Made by a program: the position numbers and the translations under genes | IMG/VR virus record: IMGVR_UViG_3300006930_000001 | Location: 1-64,000 of that record | Strand: one strand, 5' to 3' | Length of the DNA: 64,000 nucleotides | DNA from: a virus | Lineage: Duplodnaviria > Caudoviricetes | Notes under the pieces: generated by a model | Seen by the model: only the letters and a program-made list of their open reading frames with translations | The model's database searches: none | Told to the model about the DNA's origin: nothing | In this document: piece after piece, positions 9,381-20,388 of the stretch | Layout: each line of letters opens with the position of its first letter | Position numbering within the stretch: the first letter of the stretch is position 1

Positions 9381-11362
9381 TGCGCACCTATATCCTTTAC
9401 TTGTTTTTGTAATCTATCAACGATATCATTTATTCTGGCTGAACGGTTTTGTAGTCCTACTCTTACGCTTGTAGGTGTTGCTGTGATTGATCGTATCCGG
9501 TATGATCCAGTGATCGGTGCAGGAGACGAAAATTCTGCAATACATCCTACATCCACTGGAGTATCAGAATAATAAAATGCAAGTGGATCTATCTCAACCT
9601 CTGCCTGCATAACGCTTCTGTAATCATTATAGAGACTTCTTGCCAGATTTTTTGCCTGTGATGGGTATACTATGTTTGTATCCGAAAATAACAGGTATGG
9701 TTTATGTATGATAGTCTTCTGTGGTGTTGATAGGAATAGTGGTATACTGTATGCATTATTGGTCGGTGTTATCTGTCTAACCTTCATACCATGCCAGGGG
9801 AAGTATGTATCAACGTCTGTCTTCATCTCTGACTTGATAAATGGTATTCCACCACAGTTTTGTGTATTTGATGGCGTCTCGTTTGAATACAAGAACGTCT
9901 GATTGAATAAGCAGTCATCTGGATCTGTTTCTGCACTACCAACTATTTGTTCCCATACAGTTGTTCCATTGGTCCTTATTACCTGGAGTGTCCACTGGTT
10001 TCCTGCAAGATCAAATCGTCTTTTGAACCATACAAGAAATTTATAATTCTTGTAGGCAGAATATCCCATGTCATATCCTTGGTAATCAATAATACCCTTT
10101 GTTTCACCTGGATCTATACTACCAGGCGTTGTAGAACCTGCCAAATTGTATTTTTCAAGGTTAAGATAGAATCTTATCCTTCCATACCCATTTAAAGTTC
10201 CAGATTGTGATGATCCTGGTGCTGGTTTGTAATAATATATTCTGTTGCAAATACGTTCCATTGTAACGCTACAGATTACATTGCCATCTGGATCCATTGT
10301 TCCAATTGTTATATTATTGATAAAGATATATGGTGGTCCCCATCCGGAACCATTTGCTGCTGAATAATATGGCAACCAGTTATCCATACCGTTACTATAT
10401 TTATTGTCAATTGATACTTCAAATGCCATATCAAATTCATCATAATCAAGTAATAACATTTTATCTTTTAATATCACTGTATTGGTATATCCTGCACCTG
10501 CTCTTATATATTCAGTGTTTGGACTACTGACATCTACATATGGCAATCGTGCAGATGCACTCTTTTTGAAAAATATACTTATTTCGCCATCATCCATTTC
10601 TATTTTTGATAATGTGGTATTTGCAATTGGTATATGTTGTTCTTCAAAACTTGCCAGTGATTTCTTGCGTAGATCATATTGCAAATACGTATCCGATACA
10701 TCTGACGTTTCTATAACATTGGATCCAAATACATCTTTGCCTCCCTGGATAACAACGCCACCAAAATTGATCAGGTTGACATCCTCATTACCAGACCCCG
10801 ATGTCTTTTCAGAAAGGTCTATGGCGACACCTGCATTACGTGCTCCGATGTATACCACATTATTATCATCAATCCAGAATGTGCATGGATTTCCATAGTC
10901 GTCAGTGCATTGTTTTGCAAGGAAATACATAAAGTCAGTTTTTGTGGCCCAATTTCCAACTATTGAAATTTTCCTACTTGGAACACTACTTGGTGTAACA
11001 GAGAACTGACTTCCAGCCAATATCTCTTTTACGATATCATATACGAGTTTGTTCTTAAAATCAAATACTGCAGATGAATTTGATATTGCAAATCCACTGG
11101 TGGTCCATAGTGATGCATTCTTATCATAGATTCTTAATTCTATTTCATTATCATTACGTGATGCAAAATACGGTATACCAGTGAATATACATTTGTCTAT
11201 GTAATAAAATTTCATCACCGATTCAGTTTTTACCCGGTCAAGTAATGATGCATCCATTTTTACTACAAGAGTAGATGCAGAATCATAATTAAGTTCAATG
11301 GTGAAATCACTGATTGGGTATTCGCCACAAGAACCGGTAAGGGAATAAAGATCGAGAATCAT
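9377..11362 (-). CDS. Tail hub / Tal-like protein (661 aa)
   Basis: Directly after tape measure; N-terminal pattern (KCIFTG...IYDKNASL...IVKEIL...FWIDDNNVVYIG) typical of hub proteins; C-terminal YRIRSIT...VGL. Confidence 0.6.
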   Translation of the reverse strand: MILDLYSLTGSCGEYPISDFTIELNYDSASTLVVKMDASLLDRVKTESVMKFYYIDKCIFTGIPYFASRNDNEIELRIYDKNASLWTTSGFAISNSSAVFDFKNKLVYDIVKEILAGSQFSVTPSSVPSRKISIVGNWATKTDFMYFLAKQCTDDYGNPCTFWIDDNNVVYIGARNAGVAIDLSEKTSGSGNEDVNLINFGGVVIQGGKDVFGSNVIETSDVSDTYLQYDLRKKSLASFEEQHIPIANTTLSKIEMDDGEISIFFKKSASARLPYVDVSSPNTEYIRAGAGYTNTVILKDKMLLLDYDEFDMAFEVSIDNKYSNGMDNWLPYYSAANGSGWGPPYIFINNITIGTMDPDGNVICSVTMERICNRIYYYKPAPGSSQSGTLNGYGRIRFYLNLEKYNLAGSTTPGSIDPGETKGIIDYQGYDMGYSAYKNYKFLVWFKRRFDLAGNQWTLQVIRTNGTTVWEQIVGSAETDPDDCLFNQTFLYSNETPSNTQNCGGIPFIKSEMKTDVDTYFPWHGMKVRQITPTNNAYSIPLFLSTPQKTIIHKPYLLFSDTNIVYPSQAKNLARSLYNDYRSVMQAEVEIDPLAFYYSDTPVDVGCIAEFSSPAPITGSYRIRSITATPTSVRVGLQNRSARINDIVDRLQKQVKDIGAQ

Positions 11363-14300
11363 ACTCCAACATTCACCCCTGTATTAACCACTGGTTTTTC
11401 CATCACTTTAACTGGATCACTCAAATATTCCTGGGCCTGTTGTGGAGTTTCCACGTTAAGTTCTCCTATGTTCACTGTATATGCACTGGATTGTGATGGT
11501 GGCAATGATTGGACATATGATAAATTCTGTGGTATTGGATTCATAGGAACAGCCACAGATGGTTGCATACTTGTTTCTACCCATGTCTGTCCTTCTGCAG
11601 CAAGTCTACTCTCATGTGATCGGTTTGAATTCCACATCAATACAGCAAGGTCATTGTAGTTCAGATTATACGAACTGATCTTTGCTCCAAGTGATAATAT
11701 TGCTGCATCGAGTTTGCTTGTATCGGATCCCACAGGTGCATTCTTTTTCTTTTCATTGAGATCTATATAAGCATTCATGGTTTCAACACGTTCTTGTTTA
11801 ATTTTATCCTGCTTGTCCATGTATTCTTGCAGTTTAGACATACTACCAGTTAGGTTGTCCCTTATATTTGCAGTTGACGTTTCTGCTGCAGAGAATGGAT
11901 TTACCTGACCCATATTGAGAAGTCCACCAACATCTTTCTGAACATCACCAGCAAGGTCTGATAATCCTGTATTAATACCATCTTTGTATGCTTCGCCTTC
12001 TGCTCTACCTTTTTTCCTTTGTTCGTCAGTTCTGCCATCTATTACCCACATTTTGTCAAGATTGGCATTTGCACGTTTCATTGCTTCTTTATAATACACC
12101 TTTGTGTTATTTTTCTGAACGTCTGCATATATTTTTGCCTGGGCAACATATTCCTTTGTAAGATCATACGATTTTGCTATTTTATCTTTCCAACTCTTTG
12201 GCAATGGTAATGCCTGGACAATTCCATTTATGAATCCCATTAGCGATTCGAATATGCCTGCTGTTATGAAATGGTATATATCAGTTCCAATATTTGTAAT
12301 AAATGCAGCAAGTGATAACTCAAGATCCATCAATCCACGTATCAATTCTTTTACTACAATGGGTATTATCTTTGTTACAATTGCACGAACTATCGTTGTT
12401 AATATCGTTGCAGTTGTTATAACAACCGTAGCAAGGAAATTTATTATTGCACCACCAATTGCTTCGAGTCCACCATTATCTATGAAATCTGCAGTCTCCC
12501 CAAAGAAATTGCCAATAACATTATAGATTGCACTGCCAATACTCTCAAGAGCATCCATCATTATATCTATAAGTGAATTTGATAATTCCTTTGCAAGTTC
12601 TACTGCATTTCCAATATTTCCAGAACCAAATGCATCAAATATTTTCATAAAAAATTGTCCAACAGTATCAATTGCTCTAACAATTGGACCAATTATCATC
12701 ATGATTCCATCATATAATGTTTTTAATCCACCAAGTATTGCACCACCTGCATTTGATACAATATCCTGTATACCACCAAAGTTTGTTCTCCATGCACGAT
12801 ATAATAGATACAATGCTCCTATAATTGCTATTATTACAGCGACATATGGTGCAGCAACTACAAGTGTTGATGCTATTCCTGCAGATAACACTGGTAATGC
12901 TGTTGCTACACCAAATATTGCACCACGTAGACTTCCAAGCAATGAAACAATATTAAATCCTTTTAATGTAGATCCTATTCCAGAAAATGTTGATTTTAAC
13001 CCAGATCCAAAGTTTATGAAACATGCAGCCATTGAAGTTGTATGAGATCGTGTATATGCCAATATATTTGAAAGTGAACCACGTATTACAAATGCAAGTT
13101 CCTGGAATGACTTTGCATTGGCACCTGCTATTATAGATGAGAAGAAATTAGTACTTGCTGTGCCTGCAAGAGTTTTTTGTATCACCTGTAACATCAGATT
13201 GAATTTACCAAGTGTTGTAGTAGCCAATGGAACAGAACCTGCCTGGGATCCAAGTAAAAATGAAATGAAAAAATCAAGTAATTTTCTTGTTGCTCCACCA
13301 AGGAATCCAGAAAGTCCAAGTAATGTCTGTGAAAACCCTGCAAGTGCAGATCCTACAGCACCTATGTAAACCATCAAAGGTCCACCTATCAAACCGATAA
13401 GTGCTATGATAAGTGCTTTATTCACTACAAATGCCTTTTGTGTATCACTTAATGATGCAAACCATGAAACAAATTTATCTATTATTGAATATATTATACC
13501 ACCAAGTTTCTCTATCTCTGCAGCAATTGTAGAGAATATCTTTTCCATTTCTGGACCATATTTGAATAACAATTCTCCTATTTTTGTAAGTGTCTTTGAG
13601 AATGATGTATATATCAATCCCATTAATCTTGCATATTCGTTTTGTATTTTTTGTGTTCTTCCTTTAACAGTATCAAGTTTATCTGCTCTTATTTGATCTG
13701 AATATCCTGCAGAATTTTTTATTGCTTTATTCAAATCCTTGATATAATCTTCTTGTGTTGAAAATGAATTTGAAAATACATTTGCTGCAGTAGACTGAAC
13801 AGTATCAAACATTTTGTTAAATTGTTCTTCAGTAATCCTTCCTTCTTTCCTGGCATTACCTATTGCTTTGAAAACATCACCAAAGAATTTAACTGCATTC
13901 TGTGCAACATCTTTGTATGTTACATTGAGTTTATTTGTTTCAACGTCATATGATGCTATTTGGCCCTTTAATGCAATTATCTGTTTTGATATTGCATCTG
14001 TATTGGCACCTGCACCTTTCATATTAAGTTTCTTCGCTTCAAGTTCTTGTAACTTTATTGCAGCCTGTTTTCTTTTTTCAAGAATGGCACCATATTGATC
14101 TGCAAACTTGGAATATTGTTCTATACCTTTTGGTATACCTATTCCTTCAGATTTAATGAATTTTCCAAGTTCTCCTTTCATCGAGGATACATCAATAAGC
14201 AAGGATCGTATTGAAGTTCCTATAGACGATGGTTCCATTCCACCTTTACGAAGGATTGCAGCATACGTCAAAAGATCAGAAAATTCTAATCCAAGTGATG

Positions 14301-17109
14301 CTGTCTGACCAACAGTATAATTAACTACAGTGGCCAGGTCCTCTGCTTCGAGACTTGTTTTGTTAAGAGCAACAGCAAATTCATCACCAAACTGTTTTGC
14401 TGCAGATATGTCTTTATTAAATGCAAATACCAGACCACCAAGCATTTTTGCAATATTTGAAACATTCTTTGTATTTGTGGCAGTAGCAGTGGCATCAGCA
14501 AAGTCCATCATGGCTTTAAGTTCTTCAGGTTTTGCAAATCCTGCCTGGACAGTGGATTGCATTGCCTTTGCAAGTTCATCCCTGGAATTTGATGCAGTTC
14601 TGGTAACGGTATTAAGCATATCAACAGTGACCTTTTCTGCTTCCTGGATCGAACTACCATATTCCTGCTTAATCAAAAGTGCAGTATTGACTATGGCATC
14701 GCCCAAGTCACTTTGGTCCTGCATAGCCTTGCCAATGGTTGAGGATGCCCATTGTTGAATGAACATGAGACCTATACCGGCCATAGATAATTGGCTGGCT
14801 GTATTGCCCACATATTGAAGTCTGGTAACAAGTTCCTTTGCTGCTGCAGTAAGCATATCAGCACCAGATTTCAATGTTGCAAATATATTCGGAAATTGAT
14901 GAGTCCTTATCATACTGATGGCAGATACTGCTGCCGTTGCTGCTGCTGCAGTTCCTATGAGTGAATTCTTTAATGCATTTGATCCCTTTGCAGTTGTATT
15001 CAAATTTACAACTGAATCAATTACATGATTGATAAGAACATCAAGTCCAGCAAACCCAGATGACCATGCTGCAAGTGATACAGCAAGTTTTACACCCTTT
15101 ACAACATTTGCTTTTGTAGCAAGTATATTGAATCCTTTTGTTAATCCAGATACATTTCCTTGTAGTTTAGAAAGTGATGCCGATGTATCTTCTGCAGCAA
15201 GATCTGCATCTATCATTTGCGATGACAATTTTTTATTTGAAGATGCAGATACCATCTGATTTAATCTATCGGTAAGACTATCTATAGTATATCCAAGATC
15301 TACACCGGCATCATCTGCAGACTGGATTAAAGATTTTACAGTAACCCATTCACGTTTCATTTCCTCGTATAACGTGGGATCAAAGTCGTCGTATTCTGCA
15401 AGTTGTTTTACACCAGTGATAAGCCCATATATACGATCTGTGTATTCTTCTACAGAGTTTCTTGAAATGTCGTATTTGGTATACAGATTAAGTGCATCAG
15501 ATTTTTCTGCAAGTATATCATGTGCAGATGCCAATTTATCTTCTGCAGCATTAAGTACACGTATAGAATCCGTTGAATTGTCAACCTTTTCAGAAAGAAT
15601 ATCAAATGCAGCATTTACTGCATCAAATTCTTCATTTGATCCTATTCCATATTGTAATGCATTCCGTAATGTTTCTACCTGTCCAGTTAATTCTGGAACA
15701 GAATTTGATATCTGATCAAATCCTGCTTCAAGTTCTTTAAGTTCTGATGTAGGCAATTTAAAATCTGCAAGTTCTTCAAGACTCAATTTTGCTTTTACAA
15801 CGGAACTATTGAACATATCAACAGATTTTGTTGATTGTGTTACCTGTGCATCTATATCGGAAAGGTTATCGACATCGATATTTAACTTTACACGAATATT
15901 TTCAGCACCAATATGATCTCCAACAAATCTTGTAAGCGATTCCTGTTTCTTTTTGAATGCATCTCCTGTAAGTCTTGCAAGATCATTTGACATCCTGGTA
16001 AGATGCGATTGCCAAGGATTGAATACTTTCTTTACAGTGGCATCATCGATATTAAATGCACTTGCAATATTAGATCTCATTGCATTGACATTCTTTCTAA
16101 TATCCTCTGCTATATTTTCTCCTACTCTTGCATTTGATATTGTATCGATTATTGCTTTTAATTCTGGCTTTATTATAGATGAAAGATTAAGTTTTTCTTT
16201 TAATTCTGTTGCAAGTTTATCAGTTTCATCCAATGAATTGAGTATTGCTTGTGATATTGAATCTTCTATTTCTTTTTCAAGTGTAGCCGCATCAACATGC
16301 TTCAATCCATCTTCTACAGCATCTTCAACCTTCTTACTTATATCCGATACATCAGTATTGCCTATTCCAGTTTCTACACCAGATTCTATACCTTCTATTC
16401 CATACTGTTTAAGTATAGTATAAAATTCAGATAAATCTGCACGATTTACTGCACTTTTTAATTCTGGTCCAAGAACTTCTACTGCTTTCGATAATACCTT
16501 TGAAATCTGTTGTTCTATCTGAAGAAGACTTGCAGGATCAGTAATTGGATATAACCGCAATCGTTCATTTAATCTATCAAATGTTGTTACAAGCGATGCT
16601 ATTACACCAGACGCATCTTTTTCGCTAAAATTTATTTTTATATTTGTAGCAAGTCCAAGTGCCTTTAATTCTGTCTTTAATCCTTCCAATGCACTTTTTT
16701 CAAGGACTGGACGCACTTTAAAGAGTGCGGAATCTTTTCCAACCTTTGATTTCATTGCAATTATCAAAGATTCGAGATCTCGTAAATTTACCTTCGGTAT
16801 TATGGTCGATATAACTGGTGGTGGTGCAGTGACCGATGTTTGTGTAATAACAGGTTCAATTTTTGCACCTGCACCAGATCTTACATCACTTAACGATTTT
16901 ACAAGTTTATCGATAGAAGCGATAGTGGGATTAACCGCTTCAGGAAAGGATTTGATAAGTTTTAATACACTTTCAAGGTTCTGTTCAAAAATAGCGAAGT
17001 CTATCTTTACTATGTCTTCGAGTTCCTTCTCTAATTTATTGAGACTCTCTTTGGCATCTTTATCTTCTACCTTTACGTTTAGAGTCCAATCCGTTCCTTG
17101 AGTTTGCAT
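11359..17109 (-). CDS. Tape measure protein (1916 aa)
   Basis: Very long helical Ala/Ile/Leu-rich protein; TP901-like core (AKAMQSTVQAGF...NIAKMLGG...AVALNKTSL...GGMEPSSIGTSIRSLL); hydrophobic segments; YRAWRTNFGG; follows the tail chaperone. Confidence 0.93.
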   Translation of the reverse strand: MQTQGTDWTLNVKVEDKDAKESLNKLEKELEDIVKIDFAIFEQNLESVLKLIKSFPEAVNPTIASIDKLVKSLSDVRSGAGAKIEPVITQTSVTAPPPVISTIIPKVNLRDLESLIIAMKSKVGKDSALFKVRPVLEKSALEGLKTELKALGLATNIKINFSEKDASGVIASLVTTFDRLNERLRLYPITDPASLLQIEQQISKVLSKAVEVLGPELKSAVNRADLSEFYTILKQYGIEGIESGVETGIGNTDVSDISKKVEDAVEDGLKHVDAATLEKEIEDSISQAILNSLDETDKLATELKEKLNLSSIIKPELKAIIDTISNARVGENIAEDIRKNVNAMRSNIASAFNIDDATVKKVFNPWQSHLTRMSNDLARLTGDAFKKKQESLTRFVGDHIGAENIRVKLNIDVDNLSDIDAQVTQSTKSVDMFNSSVVKAKLSLEELADFKLPTSELKELEAGFDQISNSVPELTGQVETLRNALQYGIGSNEEFDAVNAAFDILSEKVDNSTDSIRVLNAAEDKLASAHDILAEKSDALNLYTKYDISRNSVEEYTDRIYGLITGVKQLAEYDDFDPTLYEEMKREWVTVKSLIQSADDAGVDLGYTIDSLTDRLNQMVSASSNKKLSSQMIDADLAAEDTSASLSKLQGNVSGLTKGFNILATKANVVKGVKLAVSLAAWSSGFAGLDVLINHVIDSVVNLNTTAKGSNALKNSLIGTAAAATAAVSAISMIRTHQFPNIFATLKSGADMLTAAAKELVTRLQYVGNTASQLSMAGIGLMFIQQWASSTIGKAMQDQSDLGDAIVNTALLIKQEYGSSIQEAEKVTVDMLNTVTRTASNSRDELAKAMQSTVQAGFAKPEELKAMMDFADATATATNTKNVSNIAKMLGGLVFAFNKDISAAKQFGDEFAVALNKTSLEAEDLATVVNYTVGQTASLGLEFSDLLTYAAILRKGGMEPSSIGTSIRSLLIDVSSMKGELGKFIKSEGIGIPKGIEQYSKFADQYGAILEKRKQAAIKLQELEAKKLNMKGAGANTDAISKQIIALKGQIASYDVETNKLNVTYKDVAQNAVKFFGDVFKAIGNARKEGRITEEQFNKMFDTVQSTAANVFSNSFSTQEDYIKDLNKAIKNSAGYSDQIRADKLDTVKGRTQKIQNEYARLMGLIYTSFSKTLTKIGELLFKYGPEMEKIFSTIAAEIEKLGGIIYSIIDKFVSWFASLSDTQKAFVVNKALIIALIGLIGGPLMVYIGAVGSALAGFSQTLLGLSGFLGGATRKLLDFFISFLLGSQAGSVPLATTTLGKFNLMLQVIQKTLAGTASTNFFSSIIAGANAKSFQELAFVIRGSLSNILAYTRSHTTSMAACFINFGSGLKSTFSGIGSTLKGFNIVSLLGSLRGAIFGVATALPVLSAGIASTLVVAAPYVAVIIAIIGALYLLYRAWRTNFGGIQDIVSNAGGAILGGLKTLYDGIMMIIGPIVRAIDTVGQFFMKIFDAFGSGNIGNAVELAKELSNSLIDIMMDALESIGSAIYNVIGNFFGETADFIDNGGLEAIGGAIINFLATVVITTATILTTIVRAIVTKIIPIVVKELIRGLMDLELSLAAFITNIGTDIYHFITAGIFESLMGFINGIVQALPLPKSWKDKIAKSYDLTKEYVAQAKIYADVQKNNTKVYYKEAMKRANANLDKMWVIDGRTDEQRKKGRAEGEAYKDGINTGLSDLAGDVQKDVGGLLNMGQVNPFSAAETSTANIRDNLTGSMSKLQEYMDKQDKIKQERVETMNAYIDLNEKKKNAPVGSDTSKLDAAILSLGAKISSYNLNYNDLAVLMWNSNRSHESRLAAEGQTWVETSMQPSVAVPMNPIPQNLSYVQSLPPSQSSAYTVNIGELNVETPQQAQEYLSDPVKVMEKPVVNTGVNVGV

Positions 17110-17383
17110 TTTTCTGCTCCCTATCCTTTGCTTCGAATCCCATTATTCTTACTATCGATAGATACGTAATTTCAGGAATATTTTCAAGATCCTCCCAGGA
17201 CCAGTGCATTTCCTTCATTACAATGTATTCTCGGAACGTATCATGCGTTGTTCCGGTTTTTACACCTTTCTGCCATTGGTATAATCTTTCTTCTGTATTC
17301 TCAAAAAGATGTTTTACCTTTTCAGAAGGTGCATTCTTTCGTTCAGATTCCGTGGAAATGTATTCCGCTAATGACCGAAAAAA
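17060..17383 (-). CDS. Tail assembly chaperone -1 frameshift extension (gpT-like), missing from ORF track
   Basis: Open -1 frame after slippery T TTT TTC (17377-17383): FRSLAEYISTESERKNAPSEKVKHLFENTEERLYQWQKGVKTGTTHDTFREYIVMKEMHWSWEDLENIPEITYLSIVRIMGFEAKDREQKNANSRNGLDSKRKGRR, stop at 17060-17062. Confidence 0.8.
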   Translation of the reverse strand, partial: FFRSLAEYISTESERKNAPSEKVKHLFENTEERLYQWQKGVKTGTTHDTFREYIVMKEMHWSWEDLENIPEITYLSIVRIMGFEAKDREQKNANSRNGLDSKRKGRR

Positions 17384-17802
17384 GCCTCTACATCACCACC
17401 AAGGACTTCCATACATTTTGCATATGCTTCCTCGATTTGTTTTTCGGTCAATTCATCAAGATCGTCCTCTGCAAAGAAATGATTGCATGCCAAGGATATT
17501 GTTGATCTGATATTAAGTTCCATCTGGGAATTACCAAATTCGATTGCTTCCTGTGGATGATCCTTCATCAGACGATTCAATTCCTTGTCAACACTTGCAT
17601 TTAACTGCAACTTTGCCTGTTCTTCTTTTTCAGGATCTTCTCCCTTTACCTGTTTTGGGATTTCAAGATCCATTCCACCTGTAAACAGAGAGAGGAATCC
17701 CTTGATGGCTTCATTGCGTTCCTTCCTTACTTTACGAACAACGCCATGCTTTGGCTCATCAGTGAGTTCGTAACTTTTTCCATTGACAACAATTAACGAC
17801 AT
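17368..17802 (-). CDS. Tail assembly chaperone (gpG-like)
   Basis: Between tail tube and tape measure; acidic helical protein; slippery heptamer four codons before the stop. Confidence 0.8.
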   Translation of the reverse strand: MSLIVVNGKSYELTDEPKHGVVRKVRKERNEAIKGFLSLFTGGMDLEIPKQVKGEDPEKEEQAKLQLNASVDKELNRLMKDHPQEAIEFGNSQMELNIRSTISLACNHFFAEDDLDELTEKQIEEAYAKCMEVLGGDVEAFFGH

Positions 17803-17826
17803 AATAAAAATGGATTAAGTTTTTAT

Positions 17827-19137
17827 TTAAGACTTGTAGCCTGGTCTGTGCGGTGGATTTTCTGGATCTGGTATTTCTTCAATACTGAATCCACCAACTG
17901 GCAGTGAAGTGATAGAATCACCAATAACATCTTCTGGATTTAATTCAAGAGGCATCTCTGTGAATTTGATACCAGTGATATATACACGGGCTGCCTTGTT
18001 GTAGTCCGAACACATATTGTAGTATATGTCGAAGCATACCTGGAACTCGTCAAAATCACGAACCTTCTGGAACAGTACGAAACTGTTGTAATCAATCTCC
18101 ATCGTGACAGTTACTTCACGATTCATGATTACAGCACCGACAATCCTGGTGCTACGGAGATATTCTGGGGCACCGATATCCTTGACAAGTTTCAGATCAT
18201 TTGAAATGTTGATCTCAATTGATCTTACCGGATCAAATGGTGTCCATCCATCTTCCCCAGATACCGATCCACCAACATAATCACCACAAAATTCTCTGCC
18301 ACGGTAGCAGAAATCCCTGATATTATCATACGATAATGGTGCAAGCATTGGTGATGGCTGTGCAGCATGCTTACTGGTAACTGCCGAATTTGTTTCGGTT
18401 ACTGGATCGTATGTGTGAACTGATATGAAATCTTCTGGTGTTGGACCAACAGCACCTGCACCGGAGAATGTTGAAGTGAACTTGATGTTTTCATCTTCTG
18501 CAATGGATAATGTTGCTTCTTTGCATTGGCATCCCCAGAAAGACATATAGTTGGTCTTTTTTCCATCAGATCCAGAATTTTCTATACCTGCAGAGAATCC
18601 CACAGAACCTATCTTGTCTCCAAGACAATACACGGTAGTGCATACAAGTCCCACTGCATTCTTGTTGTTCGCAGGGACTGCTGGATCTGTTCTATCCTTG
18701 TCCTGGATACCATCACCAATACAATACAGGAATAACCCGAATGCACCATCAACATGAACAAGATCTCTTGCAGTTGCTGTTCCAGTCACATCATAATACC
18801 GTGGCTGGAGAGCAAGTTCTATATCGAGAGTAATCTCTTCATTTGCTTTGGTATGAATTACTGCAACAGATCTCTGTTTTTCTCCATGTGCCTTAAGATA
18901 CTTTGTCGAAGATGGAACTACGACTTCATTAATCTTGAAACTTGATAATACACCAAGCCATTTTGCACCATCTGGTGATGTAGTAACGGTGTCTTCAAGT
19001 TTTATTGCACCACCATTCCACACTGGAGTTATTCCAGGTGTAGCATCATCCTTATATCCAACCATTGAAGAACCAAACACCAGTTCTGGTGTCCATTCTG
19101 CAAATCCGTTGTAACCAGGAATAATTGTTTTTGCCAT
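17827..19137 (-). CDS. Major tail tube protein
   Basis: Position; tube-like features (GCQCKEATLSIAEDENIKFTSTFSG; VRSIEINISNDL; REVTVTMEIDY). Confidence 0.75.
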   Translation of the reverse strand: MAKTIIPGYNGFAEWTPELVFGSSMVGYKDDATPGITPVWNGGAIKLEDTVTTSPDGAKWLGVLSSFKINEVVVPSSTKYLKAHGEKQRSVAVIHTKANEEITLDIELALQPRYYDVTGTATARDLVHVDGAFGLFLYCIGDGIQDKDRTDPAVPANNKNAVGLVCTTVYCLGDKIGSVGFSAGIENSGSDGKKTNYMSFWGCQCKEATLSIAEDENIKFTSTFSGAGAVGPTPEDFISVHTYDPVTETNSAVTSKHAAQPSPMLAPLSYDNIRDFCYRGREFCGDYVGGSVSGEDGWTPFDPVRSIEINISNDLKLVKDIGAPEYLRSTRIVGAVIMNREVTVTMEIDYNSFVLFQKVRDFDEFQVCFDIYYNMCSDYNKAARVYITGIKFTEMPLELNPEDVIGDSITSLPVGGFSIEEIPDPENPPHRPGYKS

Positions 19138-19139
19138 TT

Positions 19140-19559
19140 TTACCTACCCTGATACCAGGCTACGTCCAAAATAAGGTCTCGCTGAAATACCCGGATTTTG
19201 GTTTGACCATTCATGATCTCCCTAATAATCATGGGACTTCCATCGACTATCCCTTTGCTCCTGAATCCCTCAAATAGCAATTCATCCTTGAATAGCCATG
19301 CATCGAGTTCTCCGATCAGACGATCAACCTGAAGATTATCATCAGATACAATTGAGAATCTGACCAATCCCCTCCAGTTGGAGCCATATTGATACAAATA
19401 ATCCCGTTTCTGAACCTTACTATCTACGTCGACTACACAAATGGGATATTCAACAACTGCCAAATCTGGAAACACGGAGTAAGTTCTTGTAGCGAAATCG
19501 GTAATTCTTGCAGGAATAAAATCCCCAAAATATCGCTTAATTTCCTCAACCGTGACCAT
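19140..19559 (-). CDS. Tail terminator-like protein
   Basis: 139 aa, immediately upstream of tail tube; FPDLAVVEYPICVV pattern. Confidence 0.6.
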   Translation of the reverse strand: MVTVEEIKRYFGDFIPARITDFATRTYSVFPDLAVVEYPICVVDVDSKVQKRDYLYQYGSNWRGLVRFSIVSDDNLQVDRLIGELDAWLFKDELLFEGFRSKGIVDGSPMIIREIMNGQTKIRVFQRDLILDVAWYQGR

Positions 19560-19589
19560 GACAGTTAATATGTTTAATTGTCTGGTTAC

Positions 19590-20120
19590 TTAAATATTCC
19601 TTCTAACAGCCTTTGAAAATAGTTCATTTAAAGTCGTATACGGGTTTAATCCCAATGCTCCTTGGTTAAATTTCCATAGCATTAAATTGACATCTTGCAA
19701 TTTTCCCTCTGCTCTGTTTATGTATGTCCATTCAATCAATGCATTGTTAAAATCTGATGGAGCACCTTTTTTATTACCCTCAAGAATAAAAATGTTGTAT
19801 GGATCGATTATAGGTTCCCATGAACTGTGATGAAACCCATTACCAATGTAATGTGATGGTAAACGATTTACAATAGCAAATCCTTTCTCTATCTCTGTTG
19901 GAACCATCCAAGAATGCCCAAAAGTAGATGTATCTTCCGGAGATGATATACGAAGTTCCTCATGAAGAAATTCAGCATATCTTAATCGTGCAGTATCAAT
20001 AGCAGTATCAAGTTGATCCCTGATGATATTCAGTATCTGCGATGGACTCTTATCAAACTTAAACTTGACAGACATAACACTTGTAATCTCCGAGAACAGA
20101 ATCCCATTCTGATACGTCAA
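19590..20120 (-). CDS. Neck / tail completion protein (HK97 gp10-like position)
   Basis: Synteny; SPEDTSTFGHSW resembles the gp10-type PvdTG.l..Sw motif. Confidence 0.55.
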   Translation of the reverse strand: MTYQNGILFSEITSVMSVKFKFDKSPSQILNIIRDQLDTAIDTARLRYAEFLHEELRISSPEDTSTFGHSWMVPTEIEKGFAIVNRLPSHYIGNGFHHSSWEPIIDPYNIFILEGNKKGAPSDFNNALIEWTYINRAEGKLQDVNLMLWKFNQGALGLNPYTTLNELFSKAVRRNI

Positions 20121-20388
20121 TTACCTTATAATTCTTACCACAATAGACAACGATATCATCACGTTTCAGTGTAATCTCTCTTATGTAAACATCCACTTTT
20201 CCAAAAGAATCTATGCCAATGGATGTATCAGGTTCTTGTAGTGATAATCCATGAGGGACTACAACTGCTTTTACAGTCTGCTCGGTGTAATCGGTATCAT
20301 TTACTCCATAAAAAGCATCAGTGACCGTTTTATCAACGATCTGTATGGTTATATCCTGCTCGAATACACCAAGGACCTGTTCAATCAT
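20059..20388 (-). CDS. Head closure (stopper)-like protein
   Basis: 109 aa; TLKRDDIVVYCGKNYKVIDV pattern typical of head-closure proteins. Confidence 0.6.
   Translation of the reverse strand: MIEQVLGVFEQDITIQIVDKTVTDAFYGVNDTDYTEQTVKAVVVPHGLSLQEPDTSIGIDSFGKVDVYIREITLKRDDIVVYCGKNYKVIDVSEWDSVLGDYKCYVCQV

Noticed and set aside
11468-17101. Numerous plus-strand ORFs antisense to the tape measure and other structural genes
   Set aside because: Shadow frames of long minus-strand genes; Ser/Ile/Phe-rich with no motifs
17368-17370. Pyrrolysine or other stop-codon readthrough
   Set aside because: The TAG here is explained by the -1 frameshift; long genes are uninterrupted in the standard code and no Pyl tRNA was seen
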